Of a DNA stretch of 25,856 bases, positions 20,096-25,856 are shown in pieces. Each line of letters opens with the position of its first letter. Positions within the stretch are counted from its first letter, which is position 1. Below the pieces are notes generated by a model. The model worked only from the letters and a program-made list of their open reading frames with translations. It was not told the origin of the DNA and did not search any database. The DNA is from Rhodothermales bacterium (lineage in GTDB: Bacteria > Bacteroidota > Rhodothermia > Rhodothermales > VXPQ01), in contig JBBDTI010000023.1 of assembly GCA_040904565.1 (NCBI GenBank), positions 1 through 25,856 on the forward strand, written 5' to 3'. The translations under genes were made by a program, and so were the position numbers.

Positions 20096-20277
20096 AGGAG
20101 CGGAGAGACATGTCGAGCAGCGATACGCCCGCGATGTGAAAACCAGTTCGGAGGACATCAGGCGCTGCATGGCAGCAGCCGTCGAATGCCCCCGAATGAG
20201 CGCCCGTGGTCGGCCATCCCGCGAAATGAGCGCCCGGAACCACCCCTTCCGGCGCATCGTTTGAGGCCGCCACGACC

Positions 20278-20350
20278 GGGGCTATAGCTCAGTTGGTAGA
20301 GCGCTGCAATCGCACTGCAGAGGTCAGGAGTTCGAATCTCCTTAGCTCCA
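20278..20350 (+). tRNA. tRNA-Ala(CGC)
   Basis: 73 nt; acceptor GGGGCTA/TAGCTCC with G3:U70; D-arm GCTC/GAGC; anticodon stem CTGCA/TGCAG with loop ATCGCAC; T-arm AGGAG-TTCGAAT-CTCCT; discriminator A; CCA not encoded. Confidence 0.97.
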
Positions 20351-20358
20351 CATGGAAA

Positions 20359-20373
20359 TCCTTAGGTCCACAT
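20359..20373 (+). repeat. Short extra copy of the tRNA 3' end
   Basis: TCCTTAGGTCCACAT vs TCCTTAGCTCCACAT at 20339-20353 (14/15 identical). Confidence 0.8.
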
Positions 20374-20375
20374 TG

Positions 20376-20423
20376 AAAAGCGGCCCAGATGACGAGTCAA
20401 CACCGAATCTGGGCCGCTTTTTT
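20376..20423 (+). terminator. Intrinsic terminator after tRNA-Ala
   Basis: AAAAGCGGCCCAGAT-N16-ATCTGGGCCGCTTTT followed by TT. Confidence 0.88.
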
Positions 20424-20598
20424 ATTGTCGCCCGTCCTCGGGAACGTAACATCTACACGCGTTTCAACGGGGCCACCGCGACGTATCGTCCTTCTCACAC
20501 TGCCGAGGATGGAGTAAACCTTCGAAGGGTCGCGGAGCGATGATCCGGCACCCGCAGATCCGTGCAGGGGGCTCCGACCATTCAAAGATGCTGTGTAC

Positions 20599-20662
20599 AG
20601 ATAGGACAGTGGCTAGATAGGATGGTGGCTAGATAGGATGGTGGCTAAATAGAATGGCTGGG
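20599..20662. repeat. 16-bp tandem repeat (3 good copies + 1 degenerate)
   Basis: AGATAGGACAGTGGCT / AGATAGGATGGTGGCT / AGATAGGATGGTGGCT / AAATAGAATGGCTGGG. Confidence 0.9.
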
Positions 20663-20663
20663 C

Positions 20664-21380
20664 GTGGATAGAGGTCTCGCATTCGATATCGGGTACCGCG
20701 ATGTCCGTCGGCTGATAGCCATGTTGATCGGAGTTGAGATACTGTTTCTAGCTATCTTTCTCCTTATGCATGTCATCTTCCCTGAGGTGGAATGGGGGGC
20801 ACTGTCACGGCTCTTCGATTTTGATCACGAAATGTCGATTCCGACGTGGTTCTCTTCCACTCAGCTCTTCGCAGCCGGCGCGGTACTCTATGCCGTATCA
20901 CGCTCGAGTGAGAAGCACAAGTGGTTTCTCCGACTGGGGGCGTTGGTATTGGTCTTCGCTTCGGTGGACGAAGGCGCGGCGATACATGAGTCAATTTCAT
21001 CGCGCGTCAGAAACGCCGAGAGCGGAATCTCGCAGTCACTAATGATCAACGATCACGGTGCGTGGATCGTGCCGTATGCTATCGCAGGAGTAACTCTGCT
21101 CGTAATATGCGCCAGGCCGGCTCTCGATATTTTGCGTAATCACCGCAGACCGTCGTTGTTCGTAATTGGCGGAATGTCTGTCTTTGTCCTGGGAGCCGTC
21201 GGTCTGGAAATATCTAGTTATTTGTTTCTCCGCGAAGGCGCGACGCTGGCCTACTTACTAGAGGTCGCCGCCGAAGAATTTTTCGAGATGGTCGGCGTCA
21301 CCATTGTCCTCTTGGGAATCGTTCGCTACGGAGTCGAGGTGCGCGGACACACGCAGGTAGGACGGGGCAAGAAGGCCTGA
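20664..21380 (+). CDS. Polytopic (about 6 TM) membrane protein of unknown function, island cargo
   Basis: 238 aa; six hydrophobic segments; motifs DHEMSIPTWFSS, SVDEGAAIHE, EEFFEMVG; more A/T-ending codons than the flanking genes; start codon uncertain. Confidence 0.85.
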   Translation: MDRGLAFDIGYRDVRRLIAMLIGVEILFLAIFLLMHVIFPEVEWGALSRLFDFDHEMSIPTWFSSTQLFAAGAVLYAVSRSSEKHKWFLRLGALVLVFASVDEGAAIHESISSRVRNAESGISQSLMINDHGAWIVPYAIAGVTLLVICARPALDILRNHRRPSLFVIGGMSVFVLGAVGLEISSYLFLREGATLAYLLEVAAEEFFEMVGVTIVLLGIVRYGVEVRGHTQVGRGKKA

Positions 21381-21396
21381 AAAGACGTCCCCTAGT

Positions 21397-21443
21397 CAAT
21401 CGCACTGCAGAGGTCAGGAGTTCGAATCTCATTAGGTCCACAT
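21397..21443 (+). repeat. tRNA-Ala 3'-half fragment (attR-like)
   Basis: CAATCGCACTGCAGAGGTCAGGAGTTCGAATCTCATTAGGTCCACAT; begins at the anticodon loop and has no 5' half. Confidence 0.93.
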
Positions 21444-21449
21444 TTGTAG

Positions 21450-21486
21450 AAAGGCCCGTTTTACGCAAGTAGAGCGGGCTTTTTTT
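21450..21486 (+). terminator. Intrinsic terminator with GCAA tetraloop after the tRNA fragment
   Basis: AAAGGCCCGTTTTAC-GCAA-GTAGAGCGGGCTTTT followed by TTT; stem includes G-U pairs. Confidence 0.88.
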
Positions 21487-21611
21487 GTCCGCAACAGCGA
21501 GATCCTCAGTGCTTCTGATCTCATCGATGTTGGCGCTCCATTCAACGGTCGTTCTCATGCACGGATCGCATCTTCTATAGCGCCACGTCACGCAAAAACA
21601 GTATGGTACTG

Positions 21612-21831
21612 ATGAGAACCCCACCGATTGTCCTGCTACTGTTCTTCACGGGGTGCAAGCAACCTACTTGGTGTAGAGAACACGCCCCCCGACCCCTTCC
21701 AGCTAAGCCGCTGGCAGTTGGTAGCCGTCGATAAACTAACCCTGATCTTCACTACACCGACGCGATCAATGAAACCAAATGTCGAAACCATCTGCGAGGA
21801 GCTTCACTACCAAGCAATGCGCGCACGATGA
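21612..21831 (+). pseudogene. Probable frameshifted, truncated relic of a META-lipoprotein paralogue
   Basis: ATG 21612 gives MRTPPIVLLLFFTGC (lipobox); the +1 frame continues SNLLGVENTPPDPFQLSRWQLVAVD, resembling CGLLGDKGAPAPEPSSYLEGTEWRLAS of the next gene. The unshifted frame stops at 21734. Confidence 0.55.
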
Positions 21832-22271
21832 CCTGTCGTTTACTATTCGCATCAGCCCTCCTTACGATCACCGGTTGCGGTCTCCTCGGCGACAAGGGCG
21901 CGCCCGCACCGGAGCCCTCCTCGTATCTGGAAGGCACCGAATGGCGCCTGGCATCGACGGAGGGCGTGGGCGCGCCGCCGCCAACAGAAGCACGCTACGC
22001 GATTCATTTTATAGAGGCAGGCGCAGTGGCAGCGGGGCGTATTCAATGCAATGGATGGGGAGGCTCCTACAGCGAGTATGTCGGCGGCCGCATCTCCATA
22101 GACGTGCAAGCAATCGAGCTCGCCGGATGCCCCAATCCTGCCCCGTTTGATGACGAGTATCCGGATATACTCGAGGCCGCACAGCACTACGAACTCGAGG
22201 ACTCTACGCTCGTGCTACACACCGATGCCGAGCGGGGTCAGGTGCTTCATTTCGTACGTATCCGCCCCTAA
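21828..22271 (+). CDS. META-domain (HslJ-like) lipoprotein
   Basis: 147 aa; lipobox ITGC; LEGTEWRL, GRIQCNGWGGSY, LAGC, YELEDSTLVL. Confidence 0.85.
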   Translation: MTCRLLFASALLTITGCGLLGDKGAPAPEPSSYLEGTEWRLASTEGVGAPPPTEARYAIHFIEAGAVAAGRIQCNGWGGSYSEYVGGRISIDVQAIELAGCPNPAPFDDEYPDILEAAQHYELEDSTLVLHTDAERGQVLHFVRIRP

Positions 22272-22379
22272 GAGCTGCGCGTGTCGAGGCCATCAACGCC
22301 CGCACGGTAATTCCCTCCGAAACAAACATCCTCCATACCTTATTCTCTGGTCGCAGCTCTTACAACTGCTTCCAACGCT

Positions 22380-25649
<3,270 letters not shown>

Positions 25650-25721
25650 GGTACGGTTTTATGCAGATAGCCGTGCGGGCGCACATCGTGCATGGACCTC
25701 GTTTCGAAAACTGCGTTCGCG

Positions 25722-25747
25722 TAATTAGGTCCCATAATTAGGTCCCA
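25722..25747. repeat. 13-bp perfect tandem duplication
   Basis: TAATTAGGTCCCA x2. Confidence 0.85.
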
Positions 25748-25856
25748 ACTGCAGGTAAATACTTGTTTTAGTCCATCGGATTGACCATCATACTCTTTAC
25801 GTCACCCCGGCAGGCACATCATTTCTGGGGAAGAGCCTCATCACCCTCGCCAGGTG

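Larger units (their letters stand above)
20307..21443. mobile_element. About 1.1-kb integrase-free mini-island bounded by direct repeats of the tRNA-Ala 3' half (attL/attR-like)
   Basis: 20307-20353 vs 21397-21443 match at 45/47 nt (first 34 exact); one visibly lower-GC CDS inside; no recombinase gene. Confidence 0.75.

Noticed and set aside
20599-20662. 16-bp repeats (or the 1-61 repeat) as a CRISPR array
   Set aside because: Spacers are absent or only 9 bp, copies are few, and there are no cas genes in the window.
21397-21443. Second functional or split tRNA gene
   Set aside because: It has no 5' half or D-arm, a T-stem mismatch, and no complementary leader for trans-splicing.
21609-21650. 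CTGATGAG as a hammerhead ribozyme core (also ATGACGAG at about 20389)
   Set aside because: No stem II followed by GAAA and no flanking stems; the sequence is better explained as an ATG start or terminator loop.

Overview
A high-GC bacterial chromosomal window; the gene style suggests Rhodothermales/Rhodothermota, but that is an inference. It is mostly core genes: an MdlA-like ABC exporter, a sulfurtransferase, nagB, an orphan OmpR-type regulator, divergent comEA/recO, lexA, a two-subunit hydantoinase/oxoprolinase, a TfoX-N protein, a PI-PLC/GDPD-like protein, an acnA-usp-M1 peptidase cluster, an alpha/beta hydrolase, a Uma2 nuclease, tRNA-Ala(CGC), a META lipoprotein and a beta-propeller-amidohydrolase fusion. 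Two regions stand out. (1) lexA is translationally coupled to an ATP-dependent hydantoinase/oxoprolinase pair and a TfoX-like gene. It sits beside recO/comEA, behind a near-consensus sigma70 promoter with candidate operator palindromes. (2) Downstream of tRNA-Ala is an integrase-free mini-island built from repeated 'tRNA 3' fragment + terminator' modules. It carries a lower-GC membrane-protein gene preceded by 16-bp tandem repeats, and is followed by a probable frameshifted relic of a META lipoprotein paralogue. All calls are from reading motifs by eye; no database searches were run.
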